From Octopus sinensis (Eukaryota): a stretch of DNA of 64,000 nt. Positions within the stretch are counted from its first letter, which is position 1. Each line of letters starts with the position of its first letter. The stretch spans positions 25,482,001-25,546,000 of the forward strand of contig NC_043020.1 in assembly GCF_006345805.1 (NCBI RefSeq), given 5' to 3'. The translations under genes and the position numbers were made by a program. Of the stretch, positions 25,201 to 41,660 are shown in pieces. Below the pieces are notes generated by a model. That model ran no database searches. It was not told the DNA's origin and was given only the letters and a program-made list of their open reading frames with translations.

Positions 25201-25759
25201 AAATTTCGGGCCTTGTGCCTAGAGTAGAAACGATTATAACCCTCATTTTCTTTTTATTTCGAGTCATTTCCACATTTTGCACTCAATTTATTCATTAACC
25301 TTCATATTTCTTTAAATGCTCTTCTGACTATAAATGATACTATGTAACCTGTTAATGCAAACTTTAAAGAAACTAGTTCTTTCGCTTCTTTAAACAATTT
25401 TCTTAAATCGATTTTGAATTAGATATATTGTACATGGCTTTAGTTTTATAACACTTATCTGTAATCTAAAATTTTTGGATAATGAATTTTGATAAGAAAA
25501 TAAAATTAAACCAATAAGAAATGTTTTAGCTTAAGAGAAAGAAACTTTTAAATAAAAATATTAACTTAAATTTAAAATAATTTGCAATAAAAAGCAAAAG
25601 AAATAAATAAAAACCAAAGAAGTGCACAACTATTTGACGAACAATTTCAGGAATATAATTAACAAATTCTAACTTCGGCAGCAATATTTTAAATCTTTTC
25701 CTTTTTCATGTCTTGGACTTTAAGAATATATAAGAATATTCTAGATCACAGAGCCCGCA

Positions 25760-26700
25760 TTTTCCATTCTGTGACTGCTTGTTCTGTACTTTTAATGTTA
25801 CTTAAGAATATTCTAGGATTTTGCTCCGGCATTTTTCCTTGTCGTCCGCAGTTTTCCAGGAAACGCTTCTATAATTATAGCTAATTATGTTAACCTTTAT
25901 AATTGAAAAACGATATTTGTGCAAAAGTTTTTTAAATAAAGATCTTTTTCAAACTTAGACATTTTGTTTGCACCTAAAAGTAACAAAGGATTAATAGTAG
26001 TATGTTTGTTACAGATAAATATATTTTTAAACAACTTTTATTATAAAATAATTTTATATTTTAATTAAATAATTATAAATTAGTCTTTTTTTAATGAGCG
26101 AATTTCTTTTATTTTAATATGTTTAATTATTTTGATACATATTCAGAAAAAGAAAAATTAATGTGAAATCTCAAGAAATCATTACTTCTTTATGCTTAAT
26201 ATCTTTAGACGATGAACTTTTTCGTTCAAATTCAAGTAATATTTTTCTATTAAAAATATTTTTCTCTTAATAAAGACAGAACTATTTTCATTTCTTAAAA
26301 TTGTTACATTTTTATTGCCACTTAAAGCTACACAACATTTTTTTAAGACAATATCTCCAAAAAAAGGTTTTACATCGTAAGATTCTTCTCCTAAAGGTCT
26401 TTCATCTGAATTGAATCTCAAACGCAAAATAGCATTGAAAATAGCCAAGAGGATTGGCTAAATCCTTAGAAAAGGGAAAATTGGCCAGTGAGCCACTACA
26501 GAGAATCGAAAACCAAACTTCTCACACTTCGGTTCCGTACCAGTAAGCTAATCTACCCAAGACATTAGCTATCATCTTTTATAGCGCTTAAATCCTATTG
26601 TTGTCACTTAAAGCCACACCACTACTTTTGTAGCAAATAATTTTTGATGGGGTTTTCACCATAAGATTCATGACACAACTATTGATTAGCTTTCTTTAAA
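25760..26700 (-). mobile_element. Highly decayed coding-like remnant, possibly the C-terminus of an L1/Tx1-type LINE
   Basis: AIFNAILRLRFNSDERPLGEESY..KKCCVA; resemblance judged by eye only. Confidence 0.3.
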
Positions 26701-26990
26701 AATATCTGTGATATTTTGATTCAATCAATATTTGGAGGTTCATTGCCAATTTTTAGTCACTTATATACACACACGCATATATACATATGTATACGTACAT
26801 ACAAAAGCTTAGCGGTAGTTCGCCCGTCGCTACGTGCTGAGTTCAAATTCTGCGGAGGTCGACTTTACTTTCATCCTTTGGGGGTCGATAATAAAAAGTA
26901 CTAGTTGAACACTGGAGTTTATGTAATCGACTCATCCCCATCTCCTCCAAGCTATCTTTGTGGCAAAAATTTGAAATAATAATAATAATA

Positions 26991-27108
<118 letters not shown>

Positions 27109-27587
27109 AGCGGCGAGCTGACATTTTCATTAGCATGCCGGGCAAATGCTTAGTGGCATTTCGTCTGTTTTTACGTCCGGAGTTCAAATTCTGCATCTTT
27201 TCGGGGTTGATAAAATAGGTACCAGTTGAACACTGGGGCCGATGTCATCGACTTATCCCTTCCCCCAAAACTGTTGCCCTTGTGGCAAAATTTGAAACCA
27301 TTATTACGGCTTTTCTGCAGGTTAATGTATGAAAGAATTGATATTATGGTAATTGATATTATTTTAGCGTAACTGAATAAAAAATCTTCTAAATATAACA
27401 CATGATAAAATATATTAGATTATATATTACTAAATAATATATACTCTACATCTGCCTATATGTCTGAGTATTGTGTGTGTGTGTGTGTGTGTGCGTGCGC
27501 GCGCGTGCGTGTGTGTGTTGGATAATAACTGAATCAAAGAGAAAGGAGACGAAAATCCAGAAAAGCTGCAATTCGTTTGATTGTGTA

Positions 27588-27619
<32 letters not shown>

Positions 27620-27699
27620 TGTGTGTGTATGCGTGTGTGTGTGTGTGTGTGTGTGTGTATAATGGATTTGTTCGACTAAAATTCTTCACGGCTGCAAGG

Positions 27700-29172
<1,473 letters not shown>

Positions 29173-29500
29173 ATAAGCTTTAGAATTTTTAGTCGATTGT
29201 ATATACCTTTCTGATAGGCCGTTCTATATATTTGCATTTTTATTCGCATATATATTTTTTTACCTTCTATGTTGTTTTTTATACATGTATACTTTATGTG
29301 TTTAAGAACCATGGTAATATTTGCATATGATAAAATGTTTGGAGGTATGGTGTTGTATATAAAGTTGCTGATTCAAATTTGATGTTTGTTCTATGATCAA
29401 TGTTTTCTTAATCTTTGTCTCGATTACATTTGAGTACTTCTTTTTTGCAGTCCTATAAACCCTTCTGTTTCCATAAAAAGAGACAAAAATTATTTCTTGT

Positions 29501-29604
<104 letters not shown>

Positions 29605-29912
29605 GTACATATACAGATAACACAAATTGCTAGCATTCGAAAAGCGGTTTTATTTACCTGTGGGCTGTATCTCGGCATCTTCAAAGTGTCTATGGATATA
29701 TCTTTGTTCGTTAATTATAGACTTGTTACCAATCAATATGTTCTCATAAATCCTTTGACTTCATATCATTTAAAAACTGAGAAAGTTCAAGTATATGCAT
29801 TGTTGCATCGAATATCCTTGTAAGGCCCTTACAACATATATATTAACATATAAAAGCAAATATGTACGTATGTATGTATCTATGCACGTACGTATGTATG
29901 TATGTATGTATG

Positions 29913-29943
<31 letters not shown>

Positions 29944-30080
29944 GTATGTATGTATGTATGTATGTATGTGTGCAACCGTCGTATTATAAATCTCAGTTGA
30001 GTGATTTCGATGCACCGCAACACATAAAATCCAGCATTTAGAATTTTACCTTTTTTGTATTTTTGTTGTCGTTATTATTA

Positions 30081-30117
<37 letters not shown>

Positions 30118-30556
30118 GACTATTACCGAATGTGGGTTTTTGTTTTTTTGTTTTCTATTTCTGTTAATTCTCGTTCGTGTTGTAATAACTAACAGGGATA
30201 GTGTTCTTCGCGATTTTTTCCTGTCTGCCTTTCTGAGATCTGGCTTTGAGAATGAATGTCATCCGAGCACACATCGGCAATGCCCTTCTCACTGCTACCG
30301 CTGCTGCTGCTGCCGTTGATTTTTTTTTTGTTTTGTTTTGTTTCTTGCTTGTTCTTACCTGTTGCTGTCGTTGCTTTAGCTGTGTTACTATTTTATTGTT
30401 GCTATTGTTGTTCAACTTGTTCCTTGTGAAATAATTAAATCATTTCTGTCTTATTCATACATTTCCTCTTTCTCAGCCTTTCAGACTATCCTCTTCATCT
30501 CTACCCACCTCTCTCTACATATCTTTGCAATAATAATAATAATAATAATAATAATG

Positions 30557-30587
<31 letters not shown>

Positions 30588-30589
30588 TG

Positions 30590-30634
<45 letters not shown>

Positions 30635-30638
30635 TTAA

Positions 30639-30709
<71 letters not shown>

Positions 30710-30715
<6 letters not shown>

Positions 30716-31122
30716 AGCTCAAACGGACAAGAAGTTAGAAAACAATAGACCGGACATAATCATAGATAAGGGAAAAGCGAAGTCGTCTGTTTGATTCCAG
30801 GATCGTAAAGAAAGGGGGCGAAACACAAAGAAAATACAATCCCTTAAAATTTGAAATAGGAAGAATTTGGAGTATGAGAACAGTAAATGTTGTGCCTTTA
30901 ACAATTTGTGCGTTGGGATAGAGACAAATGGCTGAAGGAGATTGGAATAGAATGTCTGGTAGAGCTTCGACAGAGAGTTTGTCTTTTAGGGATAGGAAGG
31001 GATATCAGGAGGGTTCTAAGCATTCGAAAGACTGCTGAAAACTTGTGGATACCTAAGGTTACAGGTAGTAACCCCCTACCCATATAAATCCAACCAGGAA
31101 TAAGACCGATTCTGAGTCAAGT
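30710..31122 (+). mobile_element. R4/Dong-like RLE retroelement 3' fragment between (AAT)n tracts
   Basis: ..RPDIIIIDKGK..EIGRIWSMRTVNVVPLTICALG..; 3' UTR then (AAT)n. Confidence 0.65.
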
Positions 31123-31123
31123 C

Positions 31124-32189
<1,066 letters not shown>

Positions 32190-32190
<1 letters not shown>

Positions 32191-33860
32191 AAACGGATGA
32201 AAAATCGCCAGGGTAGGGTAGAAGAGTATTTACATTGGAAAATATGTGAACTCTACAAAATCAACACTCCTGCTTACTGATATGAACATCATCCTGAGCC
32301 AGTCGTTGAAGGTAAAAACGTCGCTATCCTCTGGGATTTTCCAGTCAGCATCCACAGAACGATCCAGGATAATCTACCAGAGATAGTCATTAAAGAGTAG
32401 GAAGGAAATACTTGAAGACTAATAGATGTGATTCCACTAATAAAAATATATTTGTAATGGAATTTGACAAATTACGTAAATATAACGACCTAGAAATTGA
32501 AATACAAAAGATGTGGCATCGCAAAGCGAGAACAGAACTGGTCCTGTTATTGTGGGTGCCCTAGGTATGATAAAACTAGGGGTGTCAGAAACATCTAGAT
32601 AATATTCCAGAAGAACCATATCTTAGAGAAATTCAAAAGATTATGTTGACAAGTACTGCCCATATCATTTGAAAAACTCTATCAGTTTAGATGTATGTAT
32701 TGTATTACATGAAGAGATTGTCAATGGACAATCTTTGCTATATAGTCATGACGTCTCTTGTATTCTTTCTAGGCTTGTGGCGTACATTGACTAGTAATAT
32801 GCCATACGGTTTCACCATTTTGTCCACAAATTCTGCCCTTACCATTTTCTGATGTATTGTTTATTTTGTATTTGATGTAATTCGTGTAATTCGTGATTTT
32901 ATGATTCAGTGCGACCATGAGATAGAGACATAGTGTTGAGAAAGAAAGCAAACGATGCTGGATCATAGATATAGCATGCCCAGCTGACAACAAGGTATGC
33001 AATAAGGAAGAAAGAAAACTCGATAGATATGACAGGTTAGCGTGTGTGGTTAAGCAGTTGTGATCGATTAAAAAGATGGTAGTAGTACCAATAATTATCG
33101 GAGCCCTGGGAACAATGTGTAGAAATCTTGAGAAGTACATGGATCAAATAGGGCCTGCAATAAGGGTTGAGCACTTGCATAAAACACCACTGCTTGGAAC
33201 CACTCGAATACTCCAGATGGTGCTCGAAAAATAAGTATGGCACATCATTAGCGAATGCCCAAATTGGCACAACGCGAATAAAAAAGACAACGTGGCAAGA
33301 ATGATCCATCGGAAACTCTCTGGGAATCACGGCCTACAAAAAGTAAAGACGTGGTGTGAAAAACTCCAGAAGGAGTTACCGAAAATGAGAATTGCAAAAT
33401 CCTGTGGAATGCAATGATCCAATGCGATCACCTGACCAGACATCGGAAACCGGACATTGTTGTGGTGAATAAAAAATAAAGATCATATACGATAATCGAC
33501 ATAGCATGCCCCGGTGACAAGAGGATCAATGTGAAAGAAGACGCTAAAATAAACAAGTGTGATGATTTGAAGTGGGAAATACGAAGGTTATGGTCAATGA
33601 AGTGAGTAGACGTGTTACCAATTGTAATTGGTGCACTTGGAAGTATCAACACTCAACTACCAACATGGCTGAAAAAAATCGGTGCAAGTGCGAAGGTAGA
33701 ACATCTACAAAAAATCAGCATGACTTGGAACTACAATAATTCTTAGCAGGGTTCTTGAAGCATGACCAGTAAACAAGTGTCTTCTTAGTCTGCTGGTTGT
33801 GAACAGCTGACACTTTCCATCATACCCAGCAAAATAAGCTGTGAGTTTTCATATAACAAC
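32190..33860 (+). mobile_element. Three stacked R4/Dong-like RLE 3' fragments
   Basis: HIISECP..KILW..IQCDH..RKPDIVVVNKK..IIDIACPGDKRI..EIRRLWSMK..PIVIGALG (33240-33770); related at 32880-33235 and 32190-32690. Confidence 0.8.
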
Positions 33861-33919
33861 AAGAGCAACAACAATAGCAACAACAACAATAATAATAATA
33901 ATAATAATAATAATAATTT

Positions 33920-34335
33920 TTAAAATGTCAGTTGTTTGACTTTAACCAGTTGGCTTAGTGGCTGACGATATGTGCATCTCTGATCACGAGCAGAAAGTGG
34001 GGGAGCATCATAGCCATGTATTGAGAGGGATTCTTTGGGGTTTGGATAATTCACCTCTGGAAACATGGGTGGTTCGTTCAACATCCTTAAACAACCTTTA
34101 TTCATGGATATTTTGAGTGGAATGGGCTACTCAACCTGAAGAAAATTCTAACTGGGCCCCACCTGCAAGGTCGTATGCTGCTTATCGTGATATGAGATCA
34201 CCATGTCGCGCACATATGGTTGTGATTCATGTACCTGGTGTACCCTTATCAGACGGGTAGTCATGATGGGTATACTGGGCTTCGTATATTTTACCCCAGT
34301 GTCACTTCAATGGCATGCACTCCTCTCTCACTCAA
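33920..34335 (-). mobile_element. Second copy of the (TAA)n-associated 600-bp element
   Basis: Reverse complement of 23425-23840; flanked by (AAT)n. Confidence 0.8.
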
Positions 34336-34349
34336 TAATAAAAATAATA

Positions 34350-35460
34350 ATAATTGAACTTAACAGACCAGGGTATGGGTACAAAATTGGTGACAAGAAA
34401 ATAAGTAATTTATTTTATATGGATGACTTAAAACTGTATGGCAAAGACGATAATTTGCTTGAAGGACTATTAGTACCGTGAAAGCATTCCGTGATGATAT
34501 GGCTATGGAATTTGGTGTTGACAAATGTGCCAAGAAAGGGAAATTGAAGACTTCACATTCAGTGGTATTAGATATTGACACAGTTATAAAAGAACTAAAG
34601 CAGGAACAAACTTACAAATACCTCAGAATAAATGAGGTTCTCTGGCATTTAGCATGCAAGCATGAAAGGAAAGAGTGTTCCAGAAGAGTTCGAACAGCCT
34701 TAAAATCCGAGTTTAATGTACGTAACAAGGTGTTGGCTATACATTTTTTTGGTGGTTCCAATGTTTCAATGTGTTAAATTGGAACATGGGTGAAATGAAG
34801 ATTAACAAGAAAATACGTAAGCTGCTGACTTGCAATAAGATGCACCACTGGGCAGACGCTGAGCGTCTTTACCTTCCCAGAGCTCAAAGAGGTCGAGGCT
34901 TGTCCCACTTTGAAATCTCTTACAAAACCACTACGACTGGACTGGCGAAATATCTTGAAACATCTAATGATTGGATGCTAAAATTCGCTGAAAACCGCAA
35001 GAGGCGTAAGAAGCTTCATTCCGTCATAAAGGAGAGTAAAAAAATTGGTATTGAGTTATGCATAATACCCAGGTTGAACAGCAAGATGGCAGTGCGGTGA
35101 CTGTGGTTGCAAAGAAGGTGAAATCAAGTGCAAAACCCTGAGGCTGTAACAGAGGGAGAAAATGTAACGATTCTTTGGGGTTTTCCTGTATGTACAGACC
35201 GGACCATCAAAGCTAATAAACTGAATATTGTTGTGAAAGACCAGAACAATAAAGTCTATTTATTGATTGACATGAGCATACTCTATGGTCATAATATCTC
35301 GGTAGAAGAATTTGGAAAGTGATTGTAGGAGCACTTGGAATGATCAAAAAGGGAACTGAAAATTATTTGAGAATGATCCCTGGCTTACCATCCACACAAG
35401 AAGTGCATAAGATTGCTTTAAACTGGTACGTCACACATATTAAGAAAAGCATTGTCGCTA
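34350..35460 (+). mobile_element. R4/Dong-like RT plus RLE remnant
   Basis: GYGYKIGDKKISNLFYMDDLKLYGK..MEFGVDKCAK..YKYL..LYLPRAQRGRGL..TIKANKLNIVV..IVGALGMI. Confidence 0.8.
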
Positions 35461-35759
35461 TGAATTTTATTTCCATTTTTCCTTTGTTTTGCTTTTTTAT
35501 TTCATTTTACTATTTTCTGTTTTCTATTTTTTTGTTTTCCTTTTTTCTTTCTTTCTTTTCTTCTTTTTTCTATCACATAACTTGACTTTGAAATGAACAA
35601 TCTGGTGTGTTTATTTTAAAGGCCTACAAATGCATACAATAAATTTCTTTACCCTAGATATCAGAAAACCACACAGCAAGAAATGGAAAAAATTGTAAGA
35701 ACAAAATAATAATAATTTCAAATTATTGCTGGCACAAGGACAGCAATTTCGCTCAAGAA

Positions 35760-36330
35760 AATGGTTTCGTTTATAGTACAGATCCATCAGGTCTAATGGA
35801 AAAGTTTAGCATAAGTTACAGCCCTGATGAAGAATGGAGACTCTTTATTAACTCTTCAAAGAAATATCTTAAAGCCATTGTGCTGTAATAAATATGCTTC
35901 TATCCCTGTTGAACATTCAGTGATCATGAAGGAATCATATAAAAATTTGGTGTCACTCTTACAGAAGATTAAATTCAAAGATCATAACTGGAATATTTGC
36001 GGAGACTTGAAAATAATTTGTATGTTGCTTAGACAACAGCTATGCTACACAAAATTACCCTTTTTCTTGTGTGAATGGGAAAGTAGAGCCAGAGACTCTA
36101 TTAACGCTTACACGAAGAACAAAGAATATCGTTCGAGAAAGCTTGGTTCATCTGTAAAGGGTTCTTTTTCCTCCTCTCCAAATAAAACTTGGCCTCATGA
36201 AGCAATTCGTAAAAACTTTGCCACAAGATGGAGAGGGCTTCTAGTATTTGCGTAGCTTGTTTTCTGCTCTATCAGGCGCCAAGATGGAAGAGGATGTATT
36301 TGAAGGACCAGATACTTGTCGCGGGTAAGA
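35760..36330 (+). mobile_element. Second remnant of the transposase family seen at 15060-16575
   Basis: EEWRLFINSSK..SIPVEHSVIMKESY..WNICGDLKII..YTKLPFFLCEWESRAR. Confidence 0.7.
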
Positions 36331-36419
36331 ATTTTGAAAACTGTTTTAGTTCACCGAAATGTAGAATGTAAGATGATTCAGGTGAGGTTTTGGCTTACAT
36401 TGTACCAGGATGTTCACAG

Positions 36420-36960
36420 TTGGCTCAGAATGAATACAAAAAATATAAACATGATTAAGATAGCTGCATCAGTACATTGGAAGTGAGTTATAAACACTTT
36501 GTGGCCATAGCCATCGAAAAAGAAGGAGTGTAATCGTTGTGAAACGTTCCCATACAAACTGAAAAAGAACAAAACACAACAGACCGGATATAGTAGTCGT
36601 TGGCAAGAAGAAATCATGCATTGTAATCGACGTGGCATTCCTACATGACACCTGAGTAATAAGAAAGGAAAAAGAAAAATGAAAACGTAAAATAGCCAAG
36701 TGAGGGAACGGAGAATTGAACAATAGTTTTGATATTGTTTATAATTATTGTGACCTTGAGAATGGTGACATAAAAACTAGAGAACAAACCTTGAAAAACA
36801 TGACCTTAAATGGGAATAGGTGTAGTATAGGAAACATTTTTACTACTTTTAGCGAGAATTGTCTGGAATGTTCTCAATGCAAAGTAAGACCAAATATTTT
36901 GTATTTTTCAATACGAAATGATTTTCGTCCCGCACCACGATAGAAAGGACTGTAAAACTG
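36420..36960 (+). mobile_element. Further decayed RLE-type fragment
   Basis: INTLW..PDIVVV..DVAFL..KIAK..GTE-like pieces broken by stops. Confidence 0.4.
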
Positions 36961-37946
36961 AGCACAACACCAGTTCTGTGGAACGAGGGAGCAGAATGCT
37001 GGTAATGATGGTGATGATGGTGGTGGAGATGATGAAATGATGGTGGTGGTGATGATGATGATGATGATGAAGACGACGACGACGACGACGATGATGATGA
37101 TGATGATGATCCTTTGAAATTTTTTTAAATTTCTTCCAACCGTTCGAATTTATTTAAATTTCCACCGGATTATTTTCAAAGTTGGTTTTGCATACTAATG
37201 ACGAAAATCATAATTTATTTCTAAAAATTACGCAATCTTAACGAATCGAAAGCTTTGATTGCCTGACATCCCGTAAGTCGTGACTGCTTGTCTTCGTAGG
37301 AACAGCATACACGAAACCTTTACATGGTCTCTCAACCTGCTAGAAATAGTAACCAAGCTAATGATTCTGGCACCTCACCAACTGATTCTAATGTCAGTAA
37401 TTTTAAGAGAAGGGCTTTTGTTGAATCGAAGATGTAGTTGGGACTTTATTCTGTGACTTTTTTTTTTGGCCGGGATTTGAACTCAGAATCTAAAAAAGCC
37501 GAAACAAACAAGTATTTTCCGAAGCTTTAACGATTCCGCCACTTCAGATGGCAATGACATTGGTGAAAAACAAATGTTCGCCTGGGGCTAAATGCAACAG
37601 TAACACCCCCACCACCCTGCCCTGTCCCTAGCCATATTCAGATGGCTTTAGTCCCTTATGTTATCGAGCAGTTACTGTCTATATCTCTTTTAGAGAATTA
37701 TTATTGCAAAATATTCACAAATTCTCACTGAATGATTAGGTGTGATGGGAAAGGAAAAAGCACAACGCTATCACTAATTGTAAAAGACACTACAACTGCT
37801 CTCACGGGTTTTGGCAGTGGTGGCGGTTGTGGTGGTGGTCGTTGTTGTCGTCGTGGTAATGTTAATCGCAGTCGTTGTGGTGATGGCTTTGTACGTGACA
37901 GTAGCGGTGGCGGTAGTAGCGTGATCACGTAGGTAGCAGCAGCAGC

Positions 37947-37985
<39 letters not shown>

Positions 37986-39534
37986 GGTGGTGTGCTGCTG
38001 CTGCTGCATGTATTGGTGGTTATTGTGGTATTATTGGTGCTGCTTCTACCAGACTAACATTATTAATAATAGCAACGAACCTTAAATAGATAATGAGTAA
38101 ACATATGAGGTAATTAATTGGCCGCAAGTTGCGTATAAACTGTTTCGAGTTGTCTATAAATCCTTTCAAGCTATTCTCTATTACAGAATATCTCTCTCTG
38201 GTTTGTTACCAATGCAATATATCGCTCTTATATACGATAATATCATGGACAGAAAATTAGGGATCAGTTGGCTTGATTTCTATCCTACGCTGAGATTTCA
38301 TCAGTGATTGACTGTTCTGTTTTACTGTCCACAAACACACGGCTTCTAAACCAATTAATTATTACGATTTAGAAACTTATTTTGCATATGTAACATATTC
38401 TTGACAATTGGTTCCATTAATAAGCTTACATTTATAACTAATTTGTCAATCGGATTAACTTTGAGTTAATTAATTGAGTGCATTAGCAATTGTGAATTTA
38501 TAAGCTGGTGTAGGTGTCTCTGAGTTATCAAGGTGGATACATGAATAGCAGAGGCGGAAGGGCAGAGAAGCGTGTTATAATGCAAAATAAAAGAACTTGG
38601 ACATTCTCTGGTTCCGTTAATGGTACCCAACATTCGATAGAGCGATGCCGTTCGAAAACTGCCAAAACAGCTGTGAGCTTCAGTTGATAACTCATGAAGC
38701 GACCATTCGAGAGGATCACGGAACAAATATGTACAATGTTAGTAGGTGTCTTCTCGTGCAAATTCAACCAAGTGCGACACGAATCTGGTCAACCGCAAAT
38801 ATTGCCTAACTTTTCACATGAAATCATAACCCGTGAAATGGTGTGAAAAAGTTGTAACGAAACAGCTGAAACTAGTAAAGAGAAACTAATTTCATTCTTT
38901 GTCTTCTTATTAAAACATTACACACACACACACACACACAAATACACACACAAATACACACACACACATACACATACATACACATACACATAATTATCTA
39001 AAAGTCTCCCTATCTCCAACCAAAATCCTCACAAATATTTTCTTATAGGATTGCACAAACCCGCATAAAATGTTTACTTGTATGCAAGCAAAGTAAAAGA
39101 TCTTTTTCCTTTATTCGCTTTCTTTTTGTTTTTAATTGGACTATTTTACATTTTTGTTACCATTTTTATACATGACTATATACACACCTATATCAACCCT
39201 ACTTTAACATATATGGTTAAAATCGCTATTATACTATTCAAATTGCTTATAGAACAATGAACACTTAGAGAGAAACATATAGACATACAGTAATTACTCA
39301 AATACTCATTTGTGAACATCAATGATTACGAGAAACAATTTGCTTTACTAACAAAGCCTTGACATGACTGATTAACTATCGCAACCTTAAAAATAAAATC
39401 AAGAAATACCCTAAATAACAACAAGTAAAGAAATGACCCACCATTCTTTTATGAAAATAGCTGACACACCCAATTACTAAGGGCTTAAAAACTGGACATG
39501 AAAATTTTTAAAAACTTTTATGTATAAAAAAATG

Positions 39535-39880
39535 CACTTAAGAGTGTCTGTGTGGTAAGAAGCTTATGGTTGGTCTCACTGCGGTTAAGTCCCACTGCGT
39601 GACACCTTGGGAAAGTGTCTTCGACTACAGCCTGGAGTTGACCAAGGCTTTGTGAATGGATTTGGTAGTCGGAAACTGAAAGCCCGTCGTATACATATAT
39701 ATTTGTGTCTGTATTCGCTTCGCCATCACTCGGCAACTGATGTTGTGTTTACATCCCCGTAACGTAGCGGTTCGGCAAAAGTGACCAATAGAATAAGTAC
39801 TAGGCTTACAAAGAGTAATTCCTGGGTCGATGGTTCGACTAAAACCCCTGGCCGTAGTCAAATGAGTGAAACAAGTAAAA
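39535..39880 (+). mobile_element. SINE family A copy
   Basis: Head gtgtggtaagaagc...gtcccactgcgtgacaccttggg and family tail. Confidence 0.8.
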
Positions 39881-41149
39881 GAAAAAGTATATATATATAT
39901 ATTTGCCTTTCTCTCTCCTTTTCTTGTTTTTTTTCTTTTTCCTCCTTTTTTACAAGTTCATCCTCCTCAACCTTCATCACCGCCTAAAGAAACATCTTGC
40001 CACGCTTCCTTTCCGCCGATTTCAACCTTCTATTAATCTATCCCTACTGATTTTCAAAAAAAAAAAAAACACGCTTCTGTAGCCATTTTTTCTTTCTCAG
40101 TCGCTGCCTCCACCACCACCACCTCATCCTCAAAGATTCCCACCTCCATTTCCACCCCACTCTCCACTTCGCTCCTGCCATCTTACCCGTACTACTTCTT
40201 ACCGCCTTATGCATGCCACCATTCGTTCTAATCTCTCCATGATACATACCCTCAACCGTCTTCTCTCTCTCTCTCGCTTACTCCACCTTTTCCCTCCTAT
40301 CTTTCACCTTCCTTCGCACATTCCACTGTACGCTTCATAATCTCTTTAAATCATATTTTCCTCGAGCTCCTCGCTCACACTAAACAACATAAACTCCACT
40401 CACTCCTTCATTCTGTCCCACCCGATGCCACAACACCCACCCCTCCCCATCCCTTCTACACTCCGATGCACTCCTCTCATCTTCACCCCCACCTTCTGTT
40501 ACTCCAGCACCCCACGCACTTACGCCTCCTCTCTCTCCTCCCATCCTTCCACTGCCCCCACCCTCTCCCCATATATAAATATATTTGTATGTATACTCTT
40601 TTTACTCTTTTACTTGCTTCAGCCATCCGGCTGAGGCCATACATACATATATGTATGTATATATTGTTTAATTATAATGTTTAATTATAATTTTATATTT
40701 AATTATAATCAGTGATTCTCGGCCGTTTTTTGCTTAGGCACCCGCCTGCATTCTTATTTTACTCGTATGCTCTCCCATGGCCATTCGATGTTTTTTTAAA
40801 AACAAACATAGGATCTAGTCAAACCGATTCGCAGAATATGCAATTTTTAAAAAGAAGTAAAAAATTTGAAAATCGGCTATAATAATGTAGTTTTTCAGTA
40901 TTATTGCTATGAAGGTATGATGTTGAGAAAAAAATTGGAGTTTTATGCCTATTCTTTTCAGGAAGGGCTTCAGGTATTGTTGAACAATCAACGGCGTTGG
41001 AGAGCATAAATATTAAAGTTTCAGTTGAGCAAAAGTTTGCTGACTTGAAACACTGAAAGCCATTGGAAGACAAATACCTATATCAGGACGATTTGAGCCG
41101 GATGTCAAATTGCTAACATTATGACTGCTGCTCAATACACTGTGAACAC

Positions 41150-41660
41150 TGCAAAGGTTGTAAGACATGGATATCATGAAAACCAAGTTGCCCCAAACTG
41201 TAATGGTCTCCTATGTGGGTGAAGTCATGCCGTTCCACATCTTTGAAAAGGGCCTAAGGCTTACTTCAGATGGTTATGTGACGATACTGGAAACTGTATC
41301 GAAACCCTGATTGGGAATTGTTACTACTGCTTGAAGGCCACGTTTGGAAGCAGAATGCGGATCTAACCATACTTTCAGAAAGGGTCAGAAATGGTTGTTG
41401 AAGAATTTCTACGACATTATCAGGTCCATCTTCATGCCGCCTAATTTTCACGATCGTAATCCGATGGATTACTATGCGTGGGGTAATTAAAAACAATACC
41501 AACCGCTGTGTTTGCAACATCAAGGCTGAATCGGTTGCCAAAATCAAGAAGGCGTCCCAAGATCTTCCCGACGAAACAATGAGGAACGCATGCGCCAGGT
41601 TCCGGAACCGTCTCGAAGCAGTGGTGGAAACTGAGTGTGGTTACTTTGAGTAAACTGCTA
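41150..41660 (+). mobile_element. Tc1/mariner (maT/DD37D-like) transposase 3' remnant
   Basis: MKTKLPQTVMV..GEVMP..PPNFHDRNPMDYYAWG resembles WPPNSPDLNP.DY. Confidence 0.65.

Noticed and set aside
33955-34015. CTGACGA...GAAA in the TAA-associated element
   Set aside because: No stem I/III pairing; the other copy reads GAAG
37725-38009. Q/T/P-rich 94-aa ORF
   Set aside because: Mixed triplet-repeat low complexity with no convincing splice sites
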